Assembly: GCA_977030845.1 (NCBI GenBank)
Contig: OZ365112.1
Location: 22,072,001 to 22,136,000 of the forward strand
Reading direction: 5' to 3'
Source: Fimbriosthenelais zetlandica
Lineage: Eukaryota
Length of the DNA stretch: 64,000 nucleotides
Part shown: positions 1 through 14,007 of the stretch, piece after piece
How the letters are laid out: each line of letters begins with the position of its first letter
How positions within the stretch are numbered: the stretch's first letter is position 1
Notes under the pieces: generated by a model
What the model was told of the DNA's origin: nothing
What the model saw: only the letters and a program-made list of their open reading frames with translations
Database searches by the model: none
Translations under genes and position numbers: made by a program

Positions 1-365
1 CGCAATTCTACATAGTCAAGAATATAACAAAAGTCCAGCTGGATCAGGTCTTTTTGTCAGATAATTTGGGGAAAGGTTGTCCCTTGATAATCATGAGATT
101 TTGTTGTTGATTGAATCATTAATTGCTAAGAAATTAGATTGCTTCCTCATACAAAATTCAAATTTATCAACAGGAACCTAAGCCCAAGGTTTAGGTTTTA
201 ACAATTTTCAAAGATCTTGGCTTCACTATTTTTATGTATGGAATGGCATTTTCTTTGAGACTTAAGCCGTAGAAAATCAATAATTTTTCCAACTATTTCT
301 TTCTGATACCGTATTACCTTAAATGATTATATAAATAATTTAAGAGGTGATAAGAGAAGACTTAC

Positions 366-429
366 CTTGGCTGATATAAACTAGGAGTATCACCGAAATG
401 GCGCCAATGGTAGCCCTGGGCATACTCAT
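366..429 (-). CDS. Putative first coding exon (signal peptide) of a secreted/membrane protein gene that runs off the left edge
   Basis: The minus strand reads GCTACC-ATG (good Kozak context), then MSMPRATIGAISVILLVYISQ+G (64 nt), then the strong donor AG|GTAAGT (intron starts at 365). An acceptor-like TTTTCAG ends at 452. The translation is a basic residue followed by a hydrophobic stretch, and the exon ends in phase 1, typical of signal-peptide exons. Downstream exons were not identified. Confidence 0.55.
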
Positions 430-625
430 GGTAGCCAGGGAGATATCGTTGCTGAAAATTTTGCAATTTTCAGATAGCAAACAGATATTTAAAGTCCTTT
501 GCAATAATTCCCTGTAGACTTGTTAACGTATCACTCTCCAAATATCGTAGAAATACAAAGCAGCATGGAGAAAGCTTATTTTGTATGTTGGTTAGGTATT
601 GCAATAGTTGAGGAACTGGCTGTGC

Positions 626-632
626 TTTTATA
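626..632 (-). promoter_or_regulatory. TATA-box-like TATAAAA upstream of the left-edge gene
   Basis: The minus strand reads AACTATAAAAAGCACAGC about 200 nt upstream of the ATG at 429. This is a motif match only. Confidence 0.3.
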
Positions 633-3389
633 GTTTATGCAACTTGTGTCCGTGCGCCAGTCAGTCACTCTGTGGTGGGAGTTCCTGTTCCTCCTTCCCG
701 CTCTTCATCATCTTTGTACCTACCTCCCACGAACTCTTGCTGCCACCACAGGCGCTTCTGCCAGAGGCGCTTCTGCCCACGCTGCTATAGAACCATGGAG
801 TCTCCCACTCTATCATACACTCTAGCTCTCTCCTACTCTTTCCTGCTCTCATGTACTTTTTCCTTTTAGAAAATCACCTTTTCAAAAGCCAATGCGTATT
901 TCCTAGAAAAAGATCTATTATATTCATTTTTATAACATTTCCCCATATACCAACACACTTTTACATACCCTTGCAGAAGTGTATATTGCTGAAGTAAATC
1001 TTAAGCTTTTAGTGCAGATTGGCAGTACCGAATTCATATAAGCATTGGACCTTGAAAATATATGCTTTTCAGAGCATTTTTGACATGTTTATGTCAAGGC
1101 GGAAGGGAAGTTGGAAATAAACATATATCAGGTTGATTGATATTCCTGGTATAGTTACTGGCATACTAAATTGCCAAACTTCACTATATATATGTAGTCC
1201 CGTACGCTCTCCCTTGCATACAGAAATACCAAACGCCTTACATTTTACCAAGAGTTGCTCTCTGATAATTCCGAGGTTATGAGACCTCTATTGGCTCAGT
1301 TTCTAGCCGAATGGACCTTTCCTTCCTGCCATCTTAGAGAAGATATACTTCTGCTGGCTAGCGTACAGCTCGCCCCACACTGGAGGTGTCTGAGAGCCAA
1401 CATTGTAACTCACAAGTCTGAAATGCAAACACACTAAGAGCCTGTTTCAAAACGAACATCATCCATAGACTTAGCATTGCAAAATTTTATATTGCTTTTG
1501 AAACTGCCCTGTTCATACAAAGTGTGCATTTGAGTCGCCGCATGCATCCCAAAAGTCCCACGCATGGTCTCTGGACCCCCAGAGGAAATGCACCTTAACA
1601 CGAGTCTACTTCACAGCGTACCTAGTTTTTATTTAGATGTACCCTTTTTGTTCTTCCTTGAAAAAGTACGATATCAAATTGCACTGAATCCATGAATAAC
1701 ACTTTTCACATGATCTGACATCTCAAATTTCACTATTAACTTGTGTTCAAAGTCCTTTGTAATGAGCGTGTGCCCCACCCACCTTCCCATGTGTTCCTTT
1801 CTTTCCGCTCGGTATCAAAGAAATACTTGAAAAGTGATACAGGAAATTACTAATGTAAGGTTTGATGTGCGCCAAACTAATGACAACATGGCCAAAAGGA
1901 ATGTGTGTGATAAGTAGTCAATTTTCATGACATGCATTTTTCGTCTCAATCTGATTGACTGATCTTAAAAGGCTAAGGACTTTCCTTGAGATAAAAAAAA
2001 ATGTTCATGGTCATATCAAGCATGCACAATTGGGCAATATTTTCAGTTCCAGATTTGTATGAATTGTCTCGGCGTCAGCCTGTTGGATTGTATATATATA
2101 CTGTAACTGAGTCTCTTGTGTTTGCTATTCGAGCCCTTCTTCATGTTTTGTAATGGGGGTGCGTGACATATTGGATGATTCCAACTGTAAGATATCTATC
2201 AGTGTTAGAAGCAGCATCATCAGGATGAGCCTCTCTAGATTGGATCTCTTGATGACGTCCCTGATGACGTGAGAGGTGCTAGTTATGACATGAGAGCTGC
2301 TAGTTATGACTTGTGCTACAATGTTTACAGTTATTCTCATCATTTCGCCATCGATCCTCTTCTAATCATGAATAGGTTTCAAGGGATTTTTCCTAACATT
2401 GCTTCGATATGGTGATATAATCAACCTGCAGATAGTGATTTCATGATGTTTGACGTGTGTCGAGCACTAGTTATTGCATAAGGCATTGCATATATTAGAC
2501 TCTCAGAGGTCCTAAAGCAAACCAATTTCCAAATTAAGAGTGAGGACATATGGGGAGGACATGTGCTTGTATGTTGCTTCTTAACCTTTTCCCTCATGTC
2601 AGCCAGGGTTTCGTCATTATCATGGCTAATCTAGTGGCAGGTGGCCACTCACAACAAACCCCAAGAGATCTTCTATTGCATCCGATATATGAATAGGTTG
2701 GAGACCTGCCAATGTCCTTTAGAAGGTTGTCCCATAATAGAATATGAATGATGCCTGGACCGAGCCTATAGTGTTTCCGTCATATGGCCCTGATGAAGGT
2801 GTCTGTCCATCTTTCTAACTTAAAGCCCGGAACATACTGGCCTGAACTTTCCCTCAATTCTGTAACGGCCAAAGGTCAACATGTTATGAATTGGAATCTG
2901 AAAAGCCTTTTCTTTGGAGTTATCATCTCCTTTTTTTGTGAAATTATTCTTAGTAATTATGCCATGAAATCGCATTGTTTTTTAAACTAGAATTATTTCC
3001 GTCTCACTTTTTGCAATTTAGAAATGATTCACACGGTAAGGGCTTTGTTTTTAGTATTCAGCAGGACTCAGAAAGCTTAAGAACCTTGATGGGAGGAAGA
3101 TTGAAGAAATGATTTCAATTTGCGTTTTTCCAAGTGTTTATCCACTTGATGATTCAGTAATGGGACAACACTTAAAGCTGAAATAACCACTCCAGTTCAT
3201 GTATTCATGTTCTTTATGGCCTGAAGCATGTGGGCTAATCTACCAAATTGATCATTATTTGTCACCATTATGTTTGCCCACATTGAACATAATTTCCAAT
3301 CTGAAATCCCTGCACAATTACTGTGAGCGGCCACCTGGGCTCCAGTCGACCCAGTGGATTCTGTTTCGTCTTTCTTTATGACACAAACA

Positions 3390-3612
3390 GACGTTCATGT
3401 GTAGTGGTTAGAGTGTCTGCCCCGTGTGTGGATGGTCGCCAGTTAAATCGCTGTGAGGACCAGGTCATACCAAAGACTGAAAAAATGGGGCTAGTCTCCC
3501 TCGTTTGGCATTCAGCAATAAGAGGACAGTGTTAGCGATGGTTGACCTGATGTCAGCATAATGTGACTGGGTGAGGTATCATGTCATGTGCCTGCGGAAT
3601 GATACCTCAATT
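3390..3612 (+). mobile_element. tRNA-derived SINE (decayed), central domain typical of invertebrate SINE families
   Basis: An A-box-like GTAGTGGTTAGAGTG (3401) is followed by a decayed B-box region, then GGTCATACCAAAGACT-AAAATGG...TTTGGCATTCAGCAATAAGAGG and GTCAGCATAATGTGACTGGGTGAGGTATCATG. An internal hairpin GAGGTATCAT...ATGATACCTC spans 3573-3608. The GGTCA-ACCAAAGACT block is shared with the copy at 62590-62716. The family resemblance is from memory and unverified. Confidence 0.6.
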
Positions 3613-4799
3613 GTTGAAAAATGGCCATACCTGCACAATTTTTCCATTTTAGGGAAGTTTTTTTAACTATAGATGTATAGAATAATCACAATCACTCTCT
3701 CTAATCTCAATCACATGCAATCAATGTCTCTTAGTGGAACCTTCTCTCTTTAGTTCTGAAGATTTTTACTCTGTCCCTTCCCTCTCATATAGTCATGGAC
3801 CCTACCTTCTCTTTCGGGTCCTGTACGAGGTCACCCAGCATGGGATTTGTCTCTTCTCAACACTTAAGCTGACTTGAGCCCCATGGGTAAGGTGGGATCC
3901 ACCTCTAAAAGGTTGTTTTTAGTTATTTTTTTACCGTCCCGAAATATACTAATGGATTTTATTCCTAATTATTGGGCATGAATATTTCTTTCGCCCCCAT
4001 AACATACATGTACATAGTGCCTCCCTGAATTATCAGATAGATGAGTGGGAGTATGGAACAAGTATAGAATTAGCCAAGAACTGTAAATGTCAATGTCCCT
4101 CCACTGTACACAGCAGGTAGAAAGTGCCATGAATTCTACTATTGTTAACTCCCGCAATTTGATGCTCGATCATGTGCCCCCGGACGGTTCCTAATTACTG
4201 TAGGCACACTTCACCAGTTTACCTTTGTGTGAATTGTTATAGCGTTTTATGGAAATCATAATCATTCAACAAGTGCCTTCACGACCTTAACTTACTTTCT
4301 GACCAATTTACACAGTAATTTGAGTTTGTGAGATTTGTAGAGCTCTATAGTTAATAAATTCCATTTCAAGTTTATTAACTCTTCATAAGGATTCTTCTAG
4401 TCTCTGTCCACCCCAATGCATGTGATAATCACTCCATTTAACATATACAATCAGTTAGTGATCACATTGCCTTTAAATACGCTTGGTTGCACTTGATGTG
4501 TCAGAATAGGTGTTAATTTTTGCTATATATTATTTCCCTTCTGTTCTGTTCATCATGAACGTTAATCTAAAGGTTATTACCAGTTGTGCACTATTGCATA
4601 GCCTGCCACGTGGCCAGATAATGTAATGGGTCTCCCAGGGTTGACCTGTTCCGGAAAAGAAGATACATTATGAAATCTGAGGCGCTCTGTGCCAAAATGT
4701 GACAAATCATGATGACTTCGAAGAATTCATGATTTCCTTTTTTACCTTATCAAAGCCAACATTTCTGCCGTTGTTACTAGCTAATTTAATGAAATGCCC

Positions 4800-5530
4800 C
4801 TCCTGACAATTGTTGGACACTGGCAAACAGACGCCATGACCCTACAAAAAGTAAGCAGAGGTTATCATATTCCTCTCCTATTAAAGTATCTGATGAGTCT
4901 TCTACCCATTGCTCCCGTATGCTGGAGTCAAGTATACCTCTGCCATTAGAAATGGGACCTTTTGGTCAGAAGTGCAAGAATAGAGGCACATGATGTCGTT
5001 ATCCCATACCGATAGGTTAAGATGGCTACCTAGTACAAGGCTGACTGCAGTCTGAGGTGAGGAAACCTATGTTAAATATCCATCAACTGATCTAATCTTC
5101 AAAGAGCTTTAATGTAGCACGAATGCTTTTCATACCGCAAGTCGCTTCTATCTTGATGCACTATTGATGAATAATTTTGATGCATTAATGGTTACTGGTT
5201 AACCATCAAGGAAGGCGATTCTATGACAAGATGCTTTATATCGATCTTAATATCATATTTTGTCCTTAAGGTAACTTGGACTGTTTTTGAGACAAGTGCA
5301 ATCATACATGCACAGGTGGTTTGTTTCTGTTATGAGGCAATACCTGGCGTCTCAAATGAATAACCACAGACGAAAAGATGGCTGGTCGAGCTGAGATTAC
5401 TGTTGTTTGCCGAGTTACTATTACAGCCATTCCTCTGTGTCTGACTAACTTTACACTACAGTTGATCCAGAAAGATGCCGACTATCGAAGGAGGCTTTTG
5501 TAGGTACAAAAATCAACTTTAAAGTTGATA
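4800..5530 (+). mobile_element. Decayed DIRS-like (tyrosine-recombinase retrotransposon) RT fragment
   Basis: 4821-4877 translates WQTDAMTLQKVSRGYHIPL, resembling the W...D.WVL..V..GY.IP N-terminus of DIRS RTs. Downstream broken frames give EGDSM / IDL / INFK-like words. There are many stops and frameshifts. Confidence 0.4.
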
Positions 5531-8500
5531 ATTATGTCTCCATGCAAATCAGTCGCTTTGTTTAGGAGAAAAAATAACTGATTATACTCCACACTTATGA
5601 ACAAAGCGCGTTGGACTAATGAAATATGATTCCATTGTCTACATGTACAGATTAAAAGATAACGCCCAGCCTCTAACATTTAACAACTAAGCAATATGAA
5701 TCAAAGTTCTAAGAAACTACAGATCACGCGCATCAAGGGCGTTCCTTTTAAACAGGAACAACTCGTGTTGTCCTACTCAAGATTGGCCAATAGCCTTTTA
5801 GGATGAATCTATTATGGTGGAGTGGACGAAAAAAAATATGAAAAAGGTCCTACGTTCTATAATATTATGGTTCCATAGGGAATGTATGGACACTTTATAG
5901 CATTAATGATGTCAATTCATAATGCTAAGCATTTTTTCCCCAATAACACCCACCACAATAGCCCAGACTATCATAAACTTCCATCTCGAATCTCGAACAT
6001 CAACATTATGCCTATATGAGCAACAGGTTGCGATGGTAGCTTGCACATTCAGGAGCCCATTCACTATCAGTGCACATATTTTTCCTTTAGTTGATCATTT
6101 CCCAAAACTAAATTGCTTGAATTTGTAATGACCTATGAGATCATTTCCAGTCAGCATGAGAGTGTGAATGGAGTCTATTCCAAATTCAATGCGGTGTGTT
6201 CAATGTGTTTACGTGCATTTACATGCTGGTCCTGACAATTTAAAGGTCTTGGTTGCATCAGGTGTTCCCTGGGGTACCTTAACCAGCGTTTTTCTAATGT
6301 TACCCATTACATTGTACACACCCGCTACACTACAATGAAGCATGGTGTGCCAGGGCCTTATGAATGGGTGCTTGTGTCAGCAACAATAGAGCGGAAGAAA
6401 AAGAGATGATTGAATGCCATTGAGAATTTTATTTGAGGCCAGAGAAGAAAATCTTTTGATACCATTTTTCCGCCCATGTTGTGATTCGACCAGATTCACA
6501 AGGAATCATTTTTAAGATGTTGATCCGACAGGAAAGTTTTGTCTTTAGTCTGAATTCATAGTTTACTTCCTTCACTCTTTAAAATCATATAATATTTATG
6601 ATTTTGCTCTTTTACTCTGAAGAAAAAATGATTGGAGGAGAATTGACAGAATGTATTACTTTTGTTGGATTCCATAGCTTTGATTCATTGGCACCCTGAA
6701 AGGGCCAAAGGCTACCTTCCAAATGCATTTATTCAGCAAATCATGCAGCCTACCGCTATGCCAAGGGTTTTACATGGTTGTCAGCAAAGCATTAGTTTTG
6801 CTTAGCTATGTATTGAGATATTGATTATTGATGATTCCATCACACTTAATGGATAATATGTTGATATATAAAAGACACTTAATCTTAGATTGCTCTATAT
6901 AGGGTCTATTCTACCATGCAGTTGAAGCATATTTATATTGTCCTTGCCAATTCTTAGGCTTTGCTGCTGAGACAAGGGTGGAACATGTTTCAAAGGTATA
7001 GGCCACATTAGCTAAAGCTATATGTACATCATGATGTGATGTATTACTGAAGCAGATCCCAGACTTGAATCAGGCCAATTATCAACAGTGCTTTTCTCAT
7101 ATTGTACACGAGAGGGCCTCTCTGTGCCTCATCAGCATCCCATGTAGAACAGCTCGCTGAGCTGCTCATCGCGCCACCTACTAGCTCACCTCACAGGCCG
7201 TCCAATTGATCATGCTTTGAACTGGCACAAGTGTAAATTCACAAAAATAAAGCCAGGTGGCAGCAGTAAGCACTAAGAAAATCTCTAGCACTAAGAAGTC
7301 CACCCGACCACTGTTCATCAGACAAGAACCTATGAACAGATTTTATTTAAGAAACAATTTTAGAATAGTCCCCAAAGAGAATTCAGAATTGAACAGACTC
7401 TGAAGAGAATAGTGTTGAGACAACAGTTACAATAGACGCCGTAGGTAGAATTTAGAACAGACGCTGTGGGTAGAATACACTCCAAATTAGAAACTGGAAT
7501 AGAATTTGATTTTGGAACTAGAATGGAAATTGAATAGAATATCTAGCCCGAGAGCCTGTCATTGCGACATGATAGGTTGATGTGGGTTTTAGCCTGGATG
7601 ATCAGTTAAAGCAGGGCTGTAGGGCATTAACGTTCATCAGGTATATGAATTCATATCCTGCCCGTCTTCAGCTTGTGGAAGCTTACCTCACCACTGGGAC
7701 CTGTCGTACATCAGGATGTGTGAAGGCATATTACTGGCTGAAGTTGAAGGGTGGCCATGCTCGTCTAGGGATTAGACCAACCGAAAGCTGGATCCACTGA
7801 TTAACGTCCCTGTGTGCAATTCTGTAATAAACCAATATTTCTTCTACAACTGCTGTCCTTACATAATGTTTTATGCTATGGCCAGAATCTTTAGGTACAA
7901 AGGGACATGGCAGGAGATGATGTCACCCACAGGGTTAATATTGTTAACAGTATCTTTCCATTATCAATACTTAAATACTTCAACTTAATGAGTCTTTGGC
8001 TCACTGCATACCCCTCTGTCCGTTCTCTGTCCTTGCAGAGAGGACATGAGGGGAAAGCATATAGATTTGACCATTTATCACTGAATCCAACAATGAGAAC
8101 CTTGATGTTAAAAGCTTTCTCTGAAGGATGTGCAAAGGCACAATCATGGCTGAATCATTTTATCTACAGGCCTTTCTTGCTTACATAATGCCAATATGGA
8201 AGGTTTTTATTTCTCATTCGTTCCCTTTATTTTGCCATATTACTATCAACCTTTTGATCAATATAAATCTTCCCGTATATTGACGCCCATATTGACTACA
8301 AAAAAATGTCTTGTCAGTAATAATTGATGGTACCATTTATAAATTGCGCCAATAACGCTGACTGGGAGGCAGATAGTGGAAAGAAGCTATCAAATCAAGA
8401 CGCTCTGGGGGCCTGTTTTTCCTCACCCAATAATACAACCACCCGATTCCCACCACCTACATGATGCACTAGTGCTATTCTTTTTAGAAAAGAAACGAAA

Positions 8501-10499
8501 CTCCTCAGTGATTTGTCTTCGTTGCTCACCCATTGCTATTGAAGAAAATGATCACAAAAGTTGTTGGGTGCCTTTATCTCACCAATCAAGCAATGACCAT
8601 GTCGAAGGAAGGTTGCTTCAGTGCGACCATATTCTGATGTAATTCTACTTCAGAAATATACTCATATATTATATGGGTATGTGAATGACACAATAATTTG
8701 TTGTCAGCTGACAAAAACACCTTTGTTGAAATGTTGATCTAGTTGGTGATTATTACGATGTTGAGGTTGTGCTATATAGGAGAGAGCTATCCGTCAGAGC
8801 CTGTGCCATATGTAGCCGATCGATTTCTCTGTCACAGCAGACAGCTGGGTTTTGATTTCCATCTCTCCCACCATATGATTGTGGGAGGAGACATATAGAA
8901 TGCCTCAACACAAGCCATATCTAGAGGGGTAACACTAGCAATATAAATATATTACTCATCATTGCGGGACAATATTCATTCACAATGGCCATTATCTGCC
9001 ACGATGATATTGATATTTATACCAATGCCTGTTTTTACAATACCAATACACATTTGGCCTGTGCTGCTTGAACATATAGCGTCAAATTGGTTATTTGCTG
9101 GTACTTAAGAAAGCTGGAGTTGTGTTCTATAGACAACACTTTTTCGTGGCTTATATATGGCAAACGAAGAGCCGCTTGGGGGAATGTAATACAATTGATC
9201 AAACGCCCCATATGATCTGGCGACAAGGGGCATTCTTTGTAAGATTGCTGCACTTGTGATAGGCCAATATATTTCTTTTCCGGTTGGGGGATGCCAGAAA
9301 TATGCTGTGATCAAGCTGTATGTATATTACAAGGGAATTCATGTAATGGGATACATCTGGTTCCGTGACTATGTTCCCTTGTGCATTGTCGCCTAAAATT
9401 AGAGAACATAGCATGAAGATCAATAACTCCCATAGATTTGCACTTTATCATTTTGAGCGTGTGTAAGTCTTGTGCTTCAAGGTGTAGAATACCTGAAGAG
9501 TGTATAAAATGAGTGTCGTTGGCATATTAAAGGGGGATCCTCTGGAAACCATTAGAGATATGTATACAGATAATATCCTTCTGAGCAGTCTTTGAAGACA
9601 TGATGTGATATTTCCCCATGCTGTGATATGTACACATGTTGCATTGTGATTATTACCTGACGTTACCTGGCAAACCTTATTATATAAAAGGTTAAAACAT
9701 CACATCAGGAGCTAATTCAATATTGATGTGATCATTTTGCCCCAGGCATATTGTAACAATGCATTAACATCCAGTCATGCATGTGCATACATGCATCACC
9801 TGTAACAGTGTTGTAACCCAAATGATGGCAAATTCACTTACCCTTAAAAAGTGGATGCTGAAAGGCTGCAAAACATAATGGTTGACGCCGTGGCGATGAT
9901 GCTATGTTTGGGAATGTGTACTTTTTGAATAGCAGTAATAAGAGTTGTTATGGACAGTGCTTCGTTTTGAATTGTATAAGCATTTAAATGATGCTATGGC
10001 AAGGATATGCCTACTTGTTTTCATATTATGGTTCTTTTATATAGGGGAAGCCAAATAATATATGATCACAGTTCACTGTTCAATAGGGATGTGCCTTTAT
10101 CTTTAGTGAGCATCATTTTCCAGTGGAAGATTGATATAAGTAAAAGCTATATTTGTATATTATAAACTTGTTTCTAGCTTAATTATGGTTCATGACATTT
10201 AATACTCTTTTAAATGAGCCAAATTTATGGACAACAAGAATTTGACATTTCACAAAGGGTCCATGCTCTATATTATGTTTGGTGTCCTTTTCTTGACCCC
10301 CACCTTTTCACCCGCAGTATACTTGAAGCATCTAGATCATCATATTGATATATAAGCTGGTATCCTGTGGAGATGGCCAGGGAAGTGCAATTTTCAAGGG
10401 GTTGGATATATTCCGAGTGGTCCATGGCAACAATATCTCAATGCATGGAGGTATTGATGTCTGAGGGTAAGGGCAGTTGAGGACTCCTATAGCACACAG

Positions 10500-10930
10500 C
10501 TCAACCTATGGTCATATGGACCATTGGGATGAAATGTTCTATTAAAGGAGATTGAGAGATTGTTCTGCAGTGCCTTCTCATGTGTAGAGTGTCTGCCTTT
10601 ACCCGCATGCTATGAGAATCCACTGATTTCCACCTATTCAAGCAGATGATGAGGGAAAGATTCAACCGAGTATAGTATACTTCGCTTGTTAGGAGAGAGA
10701 CGAAGCTTATTTTACACTGACTGCAAATCCCTGGCTGGCCTTTGGTCAGTGGGTGAATATTATATTCCACGTTAAGCCAAGACATATGAGTGCTACAACA
10801 CGTAAAGAGATCCTTTCATTTCGCGCATCATGGTCACTATCATTAAACACAGAGATTGGCAGTGCCATCTGATATGGATGTAATTTCATGTAAATCTTCT
10901 CCCTCCCATTCAAGATTGTTCTATTCATGG
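10500..10930 (-). mobile_element. Possible decayed Ty1/copia-type RNase H fragment
   Basis: Two overlapping minus ORFs give PISVFNDSDHD..., then HPLT...VSLLTSE...SVDSHSM. This loosely follows the copia RNase H motif order, but the similarity is weak and interrupted. Confidence 0.25.
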
Positions 10931-13900
10931 AACGATTGAGATTGCCTCATAAAACTGCAAACCAAATTTCCTCCCCTGTTTTAGCACAAAGTTCAGGCCT
11001 TCACATTTTATCACAGGCGCAGATTACGCCAAAAAGTATTATGTTTAGCGTCAATGTTTGGGGCATTTCGAAACACCAGAGTCCTGTTTCTCCCCTGCTT
11101 AGTGATATGTAGACTAGTAGGCCAATGACATGTAGACTAATAGACCTCTAGTTATTGTTCTCTGCATTTTTATTCATGCATAATCATAAGAAAATGAGTT
11201 ACAGTGGTAATTGTTTGGCATCTGTTATGGTGGTACAAGTGGAAAATAATATGCAGTTACGATGATATTAGATGATTAGATATTAGATCTATATGCTGGT
11301 ACCTCCCGACATTTATTGTCTGTACTACAAATTATTGACAACCTTTCAAGTGGATGAGAACTCATCCATCCCTTCTTATGACATAAAAGGAGAGATCTGT
11401 CGATTAACTTTTTTAAAAGAATAGTTTGTCAAGCAATAATGAAAGAAAATCAAAATCGACAAAACGCCATCTTGAATCCATGTAACTGAAGTTACGGCTG
11501 CAGGTGTCGGCACTGTGATTGGTTCTATTCTGGTTTCTGTTTTCTAGAAATTCTAATTTTGAACAGTTATAATTCCTGGAACCAAATGACATTGTAGAAA
11601 ATGACTTCTCTACATGGGTCTTCACTTCTTTATATTTTCAATAATACTTGTCTAACTAAAAAGGATTGGAAAACATTAAAGCTGCATGCCTTGTAATGGA
11701 GGAAAAGCATTGACGCTAAGCATAATACATGTATTTTGTTTCGCCTTAAACTATACAGGTCCTCCACATGGCCATTTTTTCAGTCAGAAGCATGACCTTT
11801 TGCTTATGTGAAAATGATCATTAGCCTGCAAATGCCTGTGGTCATGTGGCTAGTGGGTCATCCATGGCACAGCTACAGACTGGTTTTTATTTAACTTCCT
11901 CCTAAAAATATTCAACAGTGGTTCATTTCATGAATCGTACTGCAGAATTGCTTGATGAAGATACCTGATGAAGATAATGTCATATACAACCAGAACAATT
12001 TAGAGGATATGGGTTGCCTCATTAATTACCAAATTGACATTTAACCTATTGTCCATGCATCAACTTCGCTGCTATTATTAGGAGTATGCCTTCTGTTCCT
12101 ACTGTAAGCCTACTTATAGCCTTATAAACAAGCATGGTCTGAGAGTCCCAAGGAAAGAGATGCATGCGCCCATTCATAAGCAAATAGGCTACACAGCTGA
12201 TTCCTGCACATTTCTGGGGAAAAAGTGTTAGCATGAGAATCCTACCCCCAACGTTGAGCGAAGATGGTTTAGTCTACTATAAAGTGGCTGGCTCCATCTA
12301 TGATTGGACTTATTCTGTAGTAAATTTAATGATCGAGGTATACACTGTTGGTCCATCATAATATGTCGCCAATGGTTGAATAATGCTATCAACACTTGAT
12401 ACCTGGAGATTTCTCGTTTACATGGTGGTTATCACTTCAGTAGTTGCTGGAGGAGCTAATATTGAGTTAATCAGCCCCATGTACAGAATTCTGACAAATG
12501 TCTGCCCTAGTGTGCTATATACATTATTCATCCTCCGTCCATTTCCATACATTAAAACATAGACAAACGCTATCTCAGCTTTTCACAATAAAAAAGTGCT
12601 ATCTGCTATAAATATGTTCCCCCTTGTTGCACTACCTCCTAAACCATATTTGATTATAGCTGCCACAGACCTTCCCAAGAGACCTCTCTCCCCATCCTCC
12701 AGGGACTGAGCCCCCATAACTGGTGTCCTCCATAACAGATCAGAAATCCAGCTGGGAAAAAAATAATCCTTACATCAGCTGATCTACACATTAGTTTTGG
12801 GTGGTGTGGTGAGGGCTTGGTCCTGCCACACAGTAGCATGCAGTCAGTTGTTAGCCCAGTGTGCTGGAATAGGCTGGAGCAGTGTCGCTGGTGCAGCGCC
12901 GTAGTGTAGAGAACCATCCATACACACCAAGTTCCCATCACCTCCTCAAGCAGTAAAACGCACGCCTTGTGACAGCTTCTAAGAGGACAGCATAGAAGTA
13001 GGCGTTGTCCTGGCCAAACAATGCATAAAACCATGCAATCTTCATTCCATCAACCGGGTAACAAAGTTTGACTTTTAATATCGGATAAAACACAGTATTG
13101 TGCCATGCGGAATATATCTAAGCCTTCCTGGATATCCTGATCTTATAGCATTAATAAGTTTTCTTGTCGAAAGTTGGAACTACAGGGTTACATGTTGCCA
13201 AGGAACAAGAACTTTTCTCTGGAAGGCAAGTGATCTAGTGAATAGATTTCTGAATTGAATCCATGTCAGTCCTCCGTTGTTAAAATGCAATCAAGTATAG
13301 ACACTAGGAAGGTGGGCGAGGCCTGACGGAATCAATGAACTCATATCAATATTGACACCACTGGTTCTAGTATTTGTACAGCGGATACAAAAGCTTAGGG
13401 GCCATTTTGCCTTTCTGTCAAGGCGTTGCTGACAGGTAGGCCCTGGAATTGGACCAGCAGGGAGACAGGTGGAAACTTATTATGAATATTTCACATTGTG
13501 TATCAGGACAAGTGCGCACTATGTCCCCCTGTCTTACAAAAACCCTTTGAACACTCTCTTTTAGAAGAACCTCGTCTGATGCACTTGGTTATAAGTGCAA
13601 CCCAGAGAAATTGAATGAGCTTTTCTTCGGAGAAATCAATCCTACCATGTAGCGACGACCTCATAGCATAAAATCAAGGGGAAATGGCAAAGATATCACT
13701 TTTTCTACCGAGATCAGTGCTAAAATGTTAGCAAGAAGCCTGTTAACATCAAAAGGAGTATTTTTTGACTGAAAGGCTGCGCTGGCGAAACTGGATCTAC
13801 AAATATATTGAACGATGACACAAACTCTACAGATGACACCTCGAACATGAGGCCATCAGATTTTAGCAGATTTAATTAAGTGAAGTGGTCTAATCAGAAA

Positions 13901-14007
13901 GGCCACCCAGTCTGCTTTATTATCATCAGAACAAAGACTCTGCCTGCCTTCAATTGCTTGACCTCTAAGGAATCGCGTCATATTGGCCTTGGCATTACAA
14001 GAACAAT

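Noticed and set aside
1069-1260. Plus-frame RLIDIPGIVTG resembling a GTPase G3 (DxxG) motif
   Set aside because: It is preceded by an in-frame TAA, has no P-loop or suitable splice sites, and is probably chance.
2125-2343. 72-aa minus ORF containing a 21-bp duplication (GCTAGTTATGAC core)
   Set aside because: It has no domain similarity or splice context and looks like low-complexity or TE-gag debris.
12654-13034. 126-aa minus ORF
   Set aside because: It has no recognisable host domain and only a vague resemblance to the 3' end of an RTE-type LINE ORF2, too weak to call.
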